Shown here piece after piece: positions 1 through 14,055 of a stretch of DNA of 64,000 bases. A program made the position numbers and the translations under genes. The stretch's first letter is position 1, and each line of letters opens with the position of its first letter. This stretch comes from Octopus vulgaris (Eukaryota). Below the pieces are notes generated by a model that saw only the letters and a program-made list of their open reading frames with translations, was not told the DNA's origin and searched no databases. The stretch spans positions 33,170,001-33,234,000 of the forward strand of contig OX597822.1 of assembly GCA_951406725.2 (NCBI GenBank), written 5' to 3'.

Positions 1-706
1 CTAGAAAAATAATACCTTGCATGGACACACACGAACGCGCGCGCGCATGCATGCATGCACGCACACACATATACATTGACATTCGCGCTTGCACACATAC
101 ACAAACTCACAGATTGAAACTCACATGACATGCATCAGCTTGTTTGCAACTTGCCTGAGACGAATTAGTACGATGTACTATAAGGGCAACAATTCACCTC
201 AGGTAAATGACTATTCAACATTGTCCTATGGGTCATTACCGCGTCAACGAGTTAAACGTCTGATACAATTATACGTGACAGACTGGACATCCGTACATTT
301 ATAATCAGCATACAAAAGCCGGATGACTACGATAGCATTCACAAAGGCTTTGAGATGCCGAGTAATTGTACATTCCTCGCTATTAATTTAAATCCCGATA
401 GAATATAAGGATAATGTTCATCTTGTTATATGTAATATTGGATTGCTGCATCTGTAAAGTAAATGACAACGAGACAAGAAGAATAGGAACTGGGAATATA
501 CCATAAAAGAACAAATGATATGAGAAATGTTAAACGTTGCAGGCAGGTTCTTCCATAGTAAATATTGGCCTGAAGATATGCCAGACAATATATATCATTA
601 TATAATTTGTAAGCGCGGAAGGGGAGAATGTTGATGTCTTTCTTAAATAAGCAACATCTATAAACCTCAAATGAATAATAATAACAATAATAATGACGAC
701 GACGAC

Positions 707-753
<47 letters not shown>

Positions 754-1225
754 ATTAGATGTAGAAGCTCAAATGGGTACAAAAGTCTACGAAATAATAT
801 TAAACAGATCGGGTTGGTTTATAAAGAGACTTGGGGAAGAGCGGAATCCTTGTATAAATACGAGAAGAGCGTGAAAGACGATATACAATACATTATTGGA
901 GAATTTAAAATATGAAGCGCAAAATATGAAGCTGTGGTGCATTGTGTGTGCTGGCCCCTATACTGCACACAAATTGTGACACAGGTTTCGTTCGTGCAGC
1001 ATAACAGTTCATATCGAGTGTCTTTGTGTTCGAACAATGAGGATAACTACTCATTGTTCATAGTCATTCTTCACCTAGTGTATGTGCAGGTACACGGTTG
1101 TCAAAAATGTTTTATAATACTGTTGGAGTGCTATTGTTTTCGTTCTGAACCATTTACTTTGTTCATTAATATAATTTTCCCTGTTTGCATTTTATACTGT
1201 TTGAAGGATGTTTTGCTAAGTTTAC

Positions 1226-1397
1226 AGGCGTTGAAGTGGCTGTGTCGGTAAGTAGCTTGCTTGCGAACTACATGGTTCTGGGTTCAGTCCCCTGCGTGGC
1301 ACCTTGGGCAAGTGTCTTCTATTATAGCCTCGGGCCGACCAAAGCCTTGTGAGTGGATTTGGTAGACGGGAACTGAAAGAAGCCCGTCGTATATATG

Positions 1398-1483
<86 letters not shown>

Positions 1484-1680
1484 TGTGTCTGCATCCCCCC
1501 AACATCGCTTGACAACCGATGCTGGTGTGTTTACATCCCCGTAACTTAGCGGTTCGGCAAAAGAGACCGATAGTACTAGACTTACAAAGAATACTTCCTG
1601 GGGTCGATTTGCTCGACTAAAGCTGGTGCTCCAGCATGGCCACAGTCAAATGACTGAAACAAGTAAAAGAATAAAAGAGT
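1226..1680 (+). mobile_element. tRNA-derived SINE family A (internal TA/TG microsatellite)
   Basis: Box A-like TGGCTGTGTCGG and box B-like GGTTCAGTCCC, followed by ccttgggcaagt. Many copies in the window. Confidence 0.85.
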
Positions 1681-3631
1681 AATATTTGACGAGTCTGAGA
1701 TGTTTTGAGGGGTTTTTTCATCTGGTTTAGCATTGCATGCAAAATAAAAGTGAAAATATTTCTAAAACCGACCATGCTAACGAATCCCAGAAAGGGGTAC
1801 ACTTTCCGGAATGTTTAATTCACTAAAAGTTCTTGTTTGAAATAAAATGAAAAATTAAAATTACTTCTTTTTGTCCGTTATCCTGGGGAAACATCGAAAC
1901 AACTCAGAGCAAGATGATTTTGTTCATGTCTGACGAGATGTCAGGGATAATAAATAATAATAATAACAATGATAATGGTTTTAAATTTTGGTACAAGGCC
2001 AGCAATTTTGGAGGAGGAGTAAGTCGAATTTATCTAACCAAGAGAGATGAAAGGCAAAGCTGACTTCGAAAAGATTTGAACTCAGAACTTAATGAGACGT
2101 AAGAAATAGAGCTTAGCATTTTTCCAACGCTGTCCTAATCTTAATATTTAACTGGTACGTTATTTCATCGAATCCTGAGAGATAGGAGAAGAATCTAACC
2201 TCAGCGAACTTTGAACCTATAAGATGAAGAGCCGGTGACTGTAAAGGACTTTGTTTGAGGCTCTAACGATTCTTTGGTTATTGCTTCTAATCTATTGACA
2301 GTTTCTTCAAAGAGTAGCAGATACAACACAAGGCGTTATTGGCAAATAGTGTCTCCATGTAAAAAAAGAAAAACAAAAAATATACTCCTCAAACTTTAAC
2401 ATTCTGGTTAACTTTATGAGTGTTTCAAAAGTATTCAAATTAATTTTCATTCATTAGAATTTTTAATTACACGTTCCCTTTAGATAAATTAATCGATATG
2501 TAATTAAAAGGCAGCAAGAAAAATAAGGAATCGTAAAACATGTGTTACTTTCACTCTTCCCTTACTCGTGAACGATGTTTTGTTTTGTTTGATTGTATTT
2601 TGTTGTTTGTCTTTTAATGTTATGTACGCCTTTGGTTATAACCCTTATTTTCCTTTCTGATTCGAAGTCATTGACCGAAACACCCTAATTACAAAAATCT
2701 ACCACTCAATGATTTTTCATTACTGGCAAGCGTCGTAAAGCTGCTAAACTAATAGCAAAACGGTTTCGATTCGAGACTGTGATTGTTCTATTTCACTTCG
2801 TTCTTTAAACCCCAGTTCTTCCCAAATCGAGTGGGTTTAAAACCAAAGACCTTCGAGCCCTGACCACAACATCATATTCACATGCTAATTAAGGTTTGGA
2901 CTACGTAAGTCATTTTTGTTGAATCTCACTTCTATTGTAAATGTTTTGAACATACTATACATTCCATATTCTAATTCCATACCGATGTCCCCACAAAAAA
3001 CATATCAGCCACATGAGTCATTTTGCTGGGTTAAAGACTAATGATTTTATTTATCATTCGACACATGACATAAAACAATTACTTTAGATTTCTTAAAGTG
3101 GTAAAATACCGGAAATCTGAGGTTCTAGGTTAAACAGTTATATTGACTCATTCTGGGTGTGTAAAGAAAGTCTCTGTCCGGGGTGGTTGTTTAGTAAACT
3201 GTTAGAGGGTCAGACGAGTAAGATGGTTAGCTCTACCATTGGTATAAGAAGATTGAGAGCAGCTCTATAGGCGTTGAGGATCTGACACGGCTGACAAAAC
3301 ATTTAACCTGTATTGAGTACAATGTATTTGGGGTTACAGGTAAACGCACACCCACAAATACGCACGCACGCACACACACACATACACACATAGGTACGTA
3401 CACAGAGGAACAGACACTCACGAATCTATGCGGAGAAATATATACACATACAGATAGAGAGAGTGAGCGACGGTAAGTGATAGCTACATACATTGAATGC
3501 GTAACAAAGAGAGAAAGAGAAGGTAGAAAAGAACGAGTGAAACATTAAAATGACTGATGTTAAAAAAGTTAGTGCGTCAAATAAAGCGACTCCAAAATAA
3601 TACGTGTCTTACTCATCCATCACACACACAC

Positions 3632-3752
<121 letters not shown>

Positions 3753-3783
3753 CAAAATAAGCAACAAGGATATCCAGAGGTAA

Positions 3784-3875
3784 TGCAGTACGATTGTTTC
3801 ATGCAACTCTATTTAATTGAACAATGCAATCATTTCATTACATCAATTTAAAATATAGTGTAATCTTCAGCTGCA
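3784..3875 (-). ncRNA. Hammerhead-like motif with a long stem II insert
   Basis: Minus strand reads tgcag-CTGAAGA-t..(63 nt)..t-GAAA-caatcg-TA-ctgca. Stem I is a perfect 5 bp and stem III is near-palindromic. It lies ~35 nt from (TA)n. Confidence 0.65.
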
Positions 3876-4442
3876 CAAGGACATAGAATTTAATTAAATT
3901 AGAACAGAAGGACACATTAGTATAATTTTACTTAAAATCTCCGAGAAGTTAAGGAGATAGACAAAGAATATTTTGTACCAACAACATCATAGTTGTAAAT
4001 ATAGAGTTACAACTGTGCTAGACCACTGGTTTAAATTGATGTTAATTGATTGATATCAATTTCTACCCTCAGTATTTTAATTTAAAATTGCAATGTTCTC
4101 AAACCGGTGAATTTAATGCGGTAATTTATTACCTGCAGGTTTGTTTTCCGGCACTAGCGCGCTAAGGTGAAGGCATTTGAAAAATACCACAAATATATTT
4201 TGTAGAACTGTATATTAGTTTTCTTTCGGGAAAACGTTTCTGTGCATAGTTCTGTAAAATATGTTTTGAAATACGACAGACGACGCTGAGGATTTACAGA
4301 TGCTTGTATTTGCATTTTGCAAGTATTAAGAATGAAATCATGATACGTAGGTAATCGTTTTCTTTTGTAAATTTCCATTTGCCTTGCTTATTTCTTATAG
4401 TACTACCTCATCTCTCTCTCTCCAATAAACCATCGTAGAACT

Positions 4443-4845
4443 GATAGCTGCAACTACAGATCTGGGGCAGACTTCTCGCTGCAAACCCAGTGCAGAAGAT
4501 TCAACGTCGTATGCAAATGCACCGTTCACAACATAGTAAATAACTTCTATAGCTACTACACTGGATCTACTACAAATTTTAAACAAAGATATTATGCACA
4601 TTTAAACTCGTTTAAACATAAAGAGAATAGCAGTTCCACATCACAAGCCAGCCACGCACACCATCTAATTAATAGAAAAATACAATATAGACTTTCCTGG
4701 GTTATAATAGACTCCCATATCACGGCCAGCACTCCATTTGTGGACTCTGCTTAAAAGAAGCCATTAAAATGTTAACCCATAACTCACCGCAATTGCTTAA
4801 TAAATACAACGTAGCCTTCACAACGTGTAACCACAAATTCTTCTG
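4443..4845 (+). pseudogene. Decayed PLE GIY-YIG endonuclease (not in the ORF track)
   Basis: Manual translation gives DSCNYR..SLQTQCRRFNVVCKCTV..YYTGSTTNFKQRYYAHLNSFKHKENSSSTSQASH..YRLSWVII, then a frameshift, then ICGLCLKEAIKML..LLNKYNVAFTTCNHK. This is colinear with the 52823-53323 endonuclease. Confidence 0.8.
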
Positions 4846-5057
4846 CACTTTTAAATTCTTTCATAAATCTAAATGTAAATTCCCCCCTCACGAATAACAC
4901 CTACATATAAACCTCCATGATCATCAACACATAACCCTCTATATCTCTTCTATCAACCTTACCTCATCACACTATAAGATAAATATTAATTCTTTAATTT
5001 ATTTTAAAACCATAACCAAGTAGGAGTTATGGTTTTAAAATTGGAGCGTAGGAGTAG

Positions 5058-5105
5058 TTGTGAGTGGATTTGGTAGACGGATACTGAAAGAAGCCCGTCG
5101 CATAC

Positions 5106-5161
<56 letters not shown>

Positions 5162-5381
5162 TATGTGCATATGTTTATGCGTCTGTGTTTGTCACTTCAA
5201 CATCGCTTGACAACCGATGCTGGTGTGTTTACGTCCCCGTAACTTAGCGGTTCGGAAAAAGAGACCAATAGAATAAGTACTAGGCTTACAATGAATAAGT
5301 CCTGGGGTCTATTTGCTCGACTAAAGGTGATGCTCTAACATAGCTACAGTCACATGACTGAAACAAGTAAAAGAGTAAGAA
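5058..5381 (+). mobile_element. SINE family A, 5'-truncated
   Basis: Matches the body and tail of 1226-1680. Confidence 0.85.
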
Positions 5382-5677
5382 ATCCCCTAATATTTCATTC
5401 TAACTCCTACTACTAAATAATTTAACAGTCAACTAGTTTCTCCATTCACGATTACATACACACCCATAACCCCATTGCTAAAAATAAATCTACAGCCACT
5501 GACCTGAGCCAGAAAGGACACAAGTATTAACTATTAAATTCCCTCCCCAACCCCTATAGACTAGAAGAATACCACAGGCACCTACTACTCTCTTTAAATT
5601 CCTTTCGTTTTGCTCTATTTTGTTCATTCTTTTTACGTTATCTTCTTCTACCTCCTCCCCTCTCTCTTATCTTCTCG

Positions 5678-5912
5678 GCTGGCGAAGAGCTGGCAAGATC
5701 GTTAGCACGCCGGACGAAATGTTTAGCTGTATTTCGACTGCCGTTACGTTCTGAGTTCGAATTCCGCCGAGGTCGACTTTGCCTTTCATCATTTCGGGGT
5801 CGATTAAATAAGTAGCAGCTACGCAGTGGGGTCGATATAATCGACTTAATCCGTTTGTCTGCCCTTGTTTGTCCCCTCTGTGTTTAGCCCGTTGTGGGTA
5901 GTAAAGAAATAG
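5678..5912 (+). mobile_element. SINE family B (Nin/Deu-domain-like)
   Basis: gagctggcaag..gagttcgaattccgcc (box B-like), then gcctttcatc..ggggtcga..aagta, resembling the Nin/Deu central domain. Many copies, including degenerate ones at ~1980-2290, ~7600-7930, ~11790-12200 and ~24495-24650. Confidence 0.75.
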
Positions 5913-6298
5913 ATATTCTTAGACTATATGTTTATATACCTTACGTTATCCTTAACGCCAATCCTTAACTCCTCCCCTCTCTCGATCTACTCTCTTCCTA
6001 TTTATTTACTCTTCTTTCTTTTTACCATTTAATAGGTACCTCCGCTACCATTCTGTTATTGAACGTTGATATGTTCGCGTCTTCTTTCTGGATGTTTGCA
6101 ACACCAGGATTTTAATCCACATGGATTTACACAGGATTGCACCTAAGTACTTATGGATTTATTTCTACAAGATCGGAAAGTTGAACTGTGAATTGTTATG
6201 CTTCTTTTTTTCTTCTCTTTCATCATCTCCTTATTCCTTTACTCCTGTCCTCTATGTCGTCATTTCATTAATCTATACCATTCTCATTTTCCCTATTT

Positions 6299-6354
6299 GT
6301 CTCCGAGGACGGAATATCCCATACCCTGGTATATCCCAGAAACAGCTGTAAGAC
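6299..6354 (+). ncRNA. Degenerate hammerhead in the probable 3' pLTR of the decayed PLE
   Basis: gtct-CCGAGGA-c-ggaatat..atatccc-a-GAAA-cagctg-TA-agac. Stem III is palindromic, the core carries a U4C change, and (TA)n follows at ~6437. Confidence 0.6.
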
Positions 6355-6433
6355 TTTGAATTTGCTTCTAATGATAATAATGTATATGACTTGAGTAAGT
6401 TGCCTTGCCCTAACGTTTGTTTTCCTCTTTAAC

Positions 6434-6498
<65 letters not shown>

Positions 6499-8102
6499 TG
6501 TATGTATGTATGTATGGCATTCTTTCGATATAACTCGACAAAATCAAAACATTTCACTTCCGGTCTTTCCGTGGGTTGTGGAGTATAGATATAACGAAAT
6601 TATGCCAGCAATATCTCATTTTAAACTTGAAGAAAAAAACCCTTGCATATTTGTTCTTACCTGTTTCATGTGTGTATGTAAAATCCACAAATTTCCAAGC
6701 AGAAAACAGAATCGAAATACCCGAAGGGAAATGTTTTGATTTTGCCGAGTTATATCGAAAGAATGCCGTAAATAAATATATAATGGCCTTCTGCACAGTT
6801 ATTATTTATCAAATTCCACTTACAAGGTGTTGGTCAACCCGAGGCTACGATAGGCGGGAGCTTTCAAAGTGACGAGCAATGGAATCGGACGCAAAACCCC
6901 ATGGTTTGGACGTTATGAAGGGAAATTTTTAACTATCCAACCACTATGTAAAAACTATAATTATGGACAGATTGCTTCCTACTACTCTTCAAGCGAATAT
7001 TTCCTGAATCATAACTGAAGTTTAAACCCAGTGTCTTTTAATCACGTCTTCAAGTGAGAGGACGGTAGCTATGATTTTTTGAAGGGCGTTGAAGGTTACC
7101 AGGAGAAACAGAAAGAGAAACAGATGAGGGAAAACGGCTCCCTCAAAACTGAGGCCTAGCCCGAATGCTTGAAACTGAATATATTCAGCTAAAATGATAA
7201 CTTAAATCAAGGGGTTGTGTTAAACAGAATGATGGATTAATTTTATTTCCCCGTAGACCACTGCATGACTTGGACCCACAATGCAAGAACGTGAACAAAT
7301 ACTGCTAGTTTCCGACGCTCCAGTGATTTTCCCAACCTACCATCTTTGATTGACAGCTTATTCATCGATCGCAGATAGTTGAAAGGCAAAGTTACTTTTC
7401 GCATGATTTAAACCTAGAATCCGGAACACTGTAATCAGTACCGCAATGCATTTCGCCCAAAGCTGTAATAACTTTGCCAAATCTCCAACGTCTTAGAAAA
7501 ACGACAGATTGGATATCAGTGTTAATGTTCTTTCTTAGCTCATTTCCCAGTATAAATTGTTATAACATAGTCACATGTCCAGGCAGTCGGGTGGGAAATG
7601 GATGAGATTTTATCGACTATAGATATTTATTGGTTCAATATTTCGTCAATCCAGAAATGATAAACGACAGAGTCGACTTCGGCAAAAGGTAAAGAGCATA
7701 GAGGAGGGAAAATTACCACGCGGGCTTTTTGTCCGACGCTCTACTGTCTCCTCCTTTCACTAGGTTGAAATTGTCTCTTGGTAGAAACACGACTAGCAGT
7801 TTTGGGGAAAGCGAAGGTTAGTTGACACCTTCCACCAGAATGCTTGACTGGTATTATATTTTATCGACGACAGAAGGATGAAAGACAAAGTTGTTCGTAA
7901 TGAGATTTCAATTCAGAACGTAAAAAAACAAAGCAAGAAAATTTGCAAGACATTTTAACCAGAAGACAAACGCCACGTCTACACCATTTAACCCCTGTCT
8001 GTATATCAAACACAGAATGACTTGTTATGGAAAAAATGATCATAACATTATATGCTTTTAAATTTTAAAGTAGTTCTCATTCTCTCTCTATCTCTCTCTC
8101 TC

Positions 8103-8137
<35 letters not shown>

Positions 8138-8407
8138 ATATATAGGTAGATATATAGATATTGAAGGTATATGTATGAGGTATATGTATATATGTATGTG
8201 TATATATATATATATATATATATAATGAGAATTTAAAAGAAACAAAAGACGAAGACGGGTGTGTAAACAACAAACAGATGTATTGGCTTAACGTTCAGGA
8301 AATGAGAATGTATTTTACGTTTCCAGCCTATGCTCTTCGACAGAAAGGAACACAGAAATAAACAGGAAGAGAAAGTAAAAAAAGGTTTAGTGGCTAGCGA
8401 TTATAAA

Positions 8408-8476
<69 letters not shown>

Positions 8477-8650
8477 ATAAATATTAGGGAATAAATCCAA
8501 AATTACAGGGAAAAAATCAGATTTAGGATTAAATCCAATTTTATAGTAAAATATTATATAATATTAATTAGAGACAAAACCACTATTTTGCAAAACAAAC
8601 AAGGAAAGACTTAATCAATACATAAAATTTTAATAAAAAGTAAAAAACCA

Positions 8651-8693
8651 CCACTACAATTGTTTCATGTCTTGAACGACAATCTTCAGGTGG
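8651..8693 (-). ncRNA. Minimal type I hammerhead ribozyme (inverted arm)
   Basis: Reverse complement of 8754-8796. Confidence 0.85.
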
Positions 8694-8753
8694 ATTTCCG
8701 ATTTTCAAATCAGTTTCAATTTATGAATTGAAACTGATTTGAAAATCGGAAAT

Positions 8754-8796
8754 CCACCTGAAGATTGTCGTTCAAGACATGAAACAATTGTAGTGG
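8754..8796 (+). ncRNA. Minimal type I hammerhead ribozyme
   Basis: ccac-CTGAAGA-t-tgtc-gttcaa-gaca-t-GAAA-caattg-TA-gtgg; stem III is the palindrome ACAATTGT. Confidence 0.85.
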
Positions 8797-8877
8797 CGGT
8801 TTTTTTACTTTTTATTAAAATTTTATGTATTAATTAAGTCTTTCCTTGTTTGTTTTGCAAAATAGTGGTTTTGTCTC

Positions 8878-8943
<66 letters not shown>

Positions 8944-9006
8944 TATACATATATATGTATGTATGTATAGATTTATACAGATATATATACACACACATAA
9001 CTTGTT

Positions 9007-9103
<97 letters not shown>

Positions 9104-9599
9104 TGAGTGATTGATTGATTGATAGACAGATTATATTATATTATATATATAACTGTTGCCCCTTCTATTGTCTACTTGAACTAGACATCCGGTGGTTGTG
9201 GATTTTGGCCACAAATAAAGTGCGACGTGTGTGGTGGAACACGAACCGACCGGTAACTAGTTCATGGACTTGAAAATGAAGTTAGTGAACTCGTCTAAGT
9301 GCAGCAACGGAGAATATTTAATGATATGTTGACTGTGTAAAGTGGGGGTTTATGAACGAAACCTTAGTAAGTTTGTGCAGATCAATTGTCTACCAATTGA
9401 ATACCAACAATAGGTCTTACACTCGCTCTCTTTCGCACCCTCTCTCTTTATCTTTCATTCTCTTTCTTTTTTCCTTTCTTTCTTTTTTCTTTCTTTCTTT
9501 CTTCCTTTGTCTCACTCACACACAGTAACAATATGGCTTCTCTTATCAAATTGCCGCTAGCACGTAATGGATGGCCCCAAATATACGACGTCTATTTAT

Positions 9600-10503
9600 T
9601 ACCCAAATTGTGTTTATTGATGATGATGGTGATGATGAGGACAGCAAAGACGACGATGAGAAGCACGTCGATGGTGGTGGTGTCGGTGACTACGAGGAGT
9701 TTTTTTTTTTTTTTACAATTATGATGATGATGATTGTTAAGAGACAGAGAAGAGACAGAAACAAAGATCCTGTTGGTGGTTACCATCGTAGTGTTAAGGA
9801 TAACAACAGTTGTGTTAGTGATGGTGAATGTGATGGTGGTAGAGAGTCGTGGTGACGGAAGCGATGGGACAGTTAGGATGGTAGTAAGGCTTGTGGTGAT
9901 GGTGGTTGTAGTGGTGGTGGTCATGGTGCCCATCGTCGTTGTCTGTGTAATCTTAAAGATGGCAGTGTTTGTGGGGGATTTTAGTTAAAACAGTGGTGGT
10001 GATGGAGGTAGTGTTGATGGAGATAAGAAAGCTGGTGAGAGTGGAGATTGTAGTATTGATGGTAGTGGTAGCGGTGATGGTGGTGATGGCAATGATAGTG
10101 GTTGTTGTTGTTGTGGTGGAGGTGGTGGTGTTGGTGTTGGTGTTGGTGTTGGTGGTGGTGGTGATGGTGGTGGTGGTGGTAGTTTTGGTGGTGATAATAG
10201 TAATATTGATGATGGTGGCGATGCTGATAATAACAATATTAATGATGGTGTGGTGGTGGTGGTGGTAATAGTTATATTGATGATAGTGGTGGTGGTGGTG
10301 GTGATAATAACAATATTGATGGTGGTGGTGGTGGTGTGGTGGTGGTGGCAGCAGTAACGGCTGTTTACATGGCGGGGTGGGGTTTGAAAGGGTGACGACG
10401 ACGTCTTCTCAAAATTTCTGCTCATGATAGTCGCACAAAATTGAAACTGAACGAAATCATCATCTCCATAAATAGTTCGACAAATATTGATACAGCTACT
10501 ATC

Positions 10504-10546
<43 letters not shown>

Positions 10547-10788
10547 TAATAATAATAATGATAATAATAATGATAATTATGATAATAATAATAATGATAA
10601 TAATAATAATGATAATAATAATAATGATAATGATAATAATGATAATGATAATAATGATGATGATAATAATAATAATAATAATAATAATAATGGTAATAAT
10701 GATAATGATAATAATAATAATGATAATAATAATCATAATAATAATAACGATACTGATAATGTTACTGATAATAATGATAATAATCATA

Positions 10789-10870
<82 letters not shown>
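9600..10870. repeat. Degenerate (GGT/GAT)n followed by an (AAT)n trinucleotide field
   Basis: Direct reading. Confidence 0.95.
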
Positions 10871-10872
<2 letters not shown>

Positions 10873-10874
10873 CA

Positions 10875-11430
10875 TGCCCTGACGCAGTACCAGGCAGTGG
10901 CTCTCATGGCTTCTGATCTTAATTGATTGGAAGTGTTATCATGTACATTGTTTTGTCTTGCTATAAAAGATGGGCTACAGCAAATATTCTGCTCAATACC
11001 ACAGATTTGCTTGTCAGTTGTTTGACCTTAACCAGTTGACCATGTCCCTTAGTGGCTGACGATATGTGCATCTCTGATCACGAGCAGAAGTAGTGGGGGA
11101 GCATCATAGCCATGTGTTGAGAGGGATTCTTTGGGGTTTGAATAATTCACCTCTGGAAACATGGGTGGTTCTTTCAACATCCTTAAACAATCCTTATTCA
11201 GGGACCTTTTGAGCGGGATGGGCTACTCAACCCGAAGAAAAATTCTAACTGGGCCCCACCTGCAAGGTCATGTACTGTTTATCTTGATATGAGATAACCA
11301 TGTCGCGCACATATGGTTGTGATGCATGTGCCTGGTGTACCCTTATCAGACGGGTAGTCATGATAGGTATATTGGGCTTCGTATATTTTACCCCAGTGTC
11401 ACTTTGATGGCATGAACTGCTCTCTCACTC
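10875..11430 (+). mobile_element. ~555-bp interspersed element in (AAT)n; possible Dong/R4-related 3' end or non-autonomous partner
   Basis: Highly similar to the reverse complement of 62296-62850. Both copies share the same ends and are flanked by AAT repeats. The Dong/R4 link is inferred only from the known TAA-repeat targeting of that group. Confidence 0.75.
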
Positions 11431-12489
11431 AATAATAATAATAATAATAATAATAATCACCACCATAATAACTTCACTCACAAACATCACTATCTACCGA
11501 AAGGGACTAACCATGTAGTTAGCCAACCAGCTAGAAATAGAAACGAAATGTCTCACAGACACACTTTACTGTTTAAAATATCGAAGGATACATTCAATAA
11601 GGTAGTGTGCGGTATACTAAAAATTCGGTGGCGTGGTCAAATATGGAATAACTTTGAACACAGGTTCTAGTCGATCAGGGCTGACTAGAGGTTAAACAAT
11701 AGAAAACAATAATAACATCACTGTTACTTAAACCAAACAAGTGTTACTGACACAGCAACAAGAATTATCAACACTATAACTCCAGCAAAGGCGGCAAGGT
11801 GTCAGGATCGTCAGCACATCGGGGAAAATGCTTAGCAATATGTCGTCCGTTTTTATACTCTGAGTTCAAATTCTGCCGAATTCTACTTTGCCTTTCATTA
11901 TTTCGTGGTCGATAAAATAAGTACCAGATGAGTAACAGGGTCGATGTACTCGCTTTACGCCCTACTCCGAAATTGCTAGCATTGAGCCAAAATTTGAAAA
12001 CAAACTTATCACTGCAGTAAAGGTGGAGAGCTGAGAGAATCTATGGCATACCGAGAAACAGGTTTAGCGTTATTTCGTCCATTTTTAAGTTCTGAGTTCA
12101 AATTTCGTCTTTCATCATTTCGGGATTAATAAAACAATTACCAATTGAGCACTGGGGTCGATGTAATCGCCTTATCCCCTACTCCGAAATGTGCCACAAT
12201 TTCAAACCAACATTTATAACTACAGTATAGACGCAAACGTTTTACATAAGCTATTTCCTAAAACATCAGGATATATAAGCTTAGTCTTTTCTTGGGGGTG
12301 GCCAGATTGGAGCAATCTCGAGTATAATCGGCCGAAATTGCAAAGATAATCTGCAGCCCGACTGAGGAAAGAAAACTCCGAAAGATCCGTCATTGTTTTC
12401 TTTGTATCGTGTATCTGGACGTTTTGTTGTGCCTTTTTTGTATCACCTATAAGTCCGGATGTTTTGCGTTCTTGTCCCATTTTGCATTT

Positions 12490-12582
<93 letters not shown>

Positions 12583-12583
<1 letters not shown>

Positions 12584-13054
12584 GGAGCAGGAGTGGCTGT
12601 GTGGTAAGTAGCTTCCTTAAAAAACACATGATTCCAGGTTCAGTTCCACTGTGTGGCACCTCGAGCAATTGTCTTCTACTATAGCCTTGGCCGACCAAAG
12701 CCTTGTGAGCTGGTAGACGGAAACTGAAAGAAGCTCGTCATGTATATATGTATATACGTATGTATGTATGTATGTATGTATGTATGTATGTATGTATGTA
12801 TGTATGTATATTATGTATGCATGTGTATGTATATATTTGTGTGTCTGTGTTTGTCCCCACAACATCGCTTGACAGCCGCTGCTGGTGAGTTTACATCCCC
12901 GCAACTTAGCGGTTCGACAAAGGACAACGAAAGAATAAGTACTAGGCTTACAAAGAATTGTCTTGGGGGTCAACTTGCTCGACTAAAGGCGATGTTCCAG
13001 CATGGCCGCAGTTAAATGACTGAAATAAGTAAAAGAAAAAAAGAACATAAAAGA
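12583..13054 (+). mobile_element. SINE family A
   Basis: Full head to tail. Confidence 0.85.
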
Positions 13055-13506
13055 ATATATATATTGTATCTTTACTTACAAAGATTTGTATTTTCTTTAT
13101 TACCACCCGATCTTCACCCTCTTCACTGAAACCTGCAATAAAACTAGTGAGCAGAAAATTTTATTTCTCCACCAACAGCACCTCTCTTTTTCTCCTTATC
13201 AATTATTATACAAAATGCAATTTCTTTTTTCTCTTGTTGATACATGTATATGTATATGCGCCAAATTGGAAAACGTACAAAAGGGTAAACATAAAAACAC
13301 AGACAGAAACGAAATTAGTAAAAACTAAAGAGAGACAGAGAGAAAGAAATTTGATATCAATTAAGTCAGCATGAATGTAAATAAATGCAAATGAAAGTTG
13401 TGTATGTAACCTCATGTATATGAATGCATGTCTTCAAATAGTAAGTTTACAAGGAGTCTTATAAATTTATCATAGTATTTTTTTTAGCTACTTTTTTAAT
13501 CATTTT

Positions 13507-13565
13507 ATCGCTCTATCGCTCTGTCGCTCTATCGCTCTGTCGCTCTATCGCTCTACCGCTCTATC
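13507..13565. repeat. 8-bp tandem repeat (a/g)tcgctct
   Basis: About 7 units. Confidence 0.9.
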
Positions 13566-13725
13566 ACTTACACTCGTATTAACACAGAGAACGATGAACA
13601 ATACCCGGGCTTGAGTAAGACTGTACAAAAATATATATCTCTGTCTCTTTCTTTCCCTGTCTCTTTCACAAATACATAAATATGCATGTATGTGTGAGCG
13701 TGTGTAAGTATGTGTGTGTGTGTGA

Positions 13726-13789
<64 letters not shown>

Positions 13790-13815
13790 CTATGCACTTA
13801 CGTACTTATCAATAG

Positions 13816-13883
<68 letters not shown>

Positions 13884-13966
13884 CATTTTTAAAAGAATAC
13901 CAACGCGCATAACAGAAATACATACATATAACGAACTTTTCCCGCCGATTCTTTTCGCCTTATATG

Positions 13967-14055
<89 letters not shown>

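Larger units (their letters stand above)
8473..8882. mobile_element. Fold-back pLTR remnant of a second PLE-like family in (TA)n
   Basis: Near-perfect inverted arms 8566-8721 and 8726-8882 with a 4-nt spacer (tatg). An unpaired ~93-nt extension lies at 8473-8565. Each arm carries a hammerhead. Confidence 0.8.

Noticed and set aside
12355-12396. CTGAGGA...GAAA...GTC hammerhead-like string
   Set aside because: Stems I and III do not pair convincingly.
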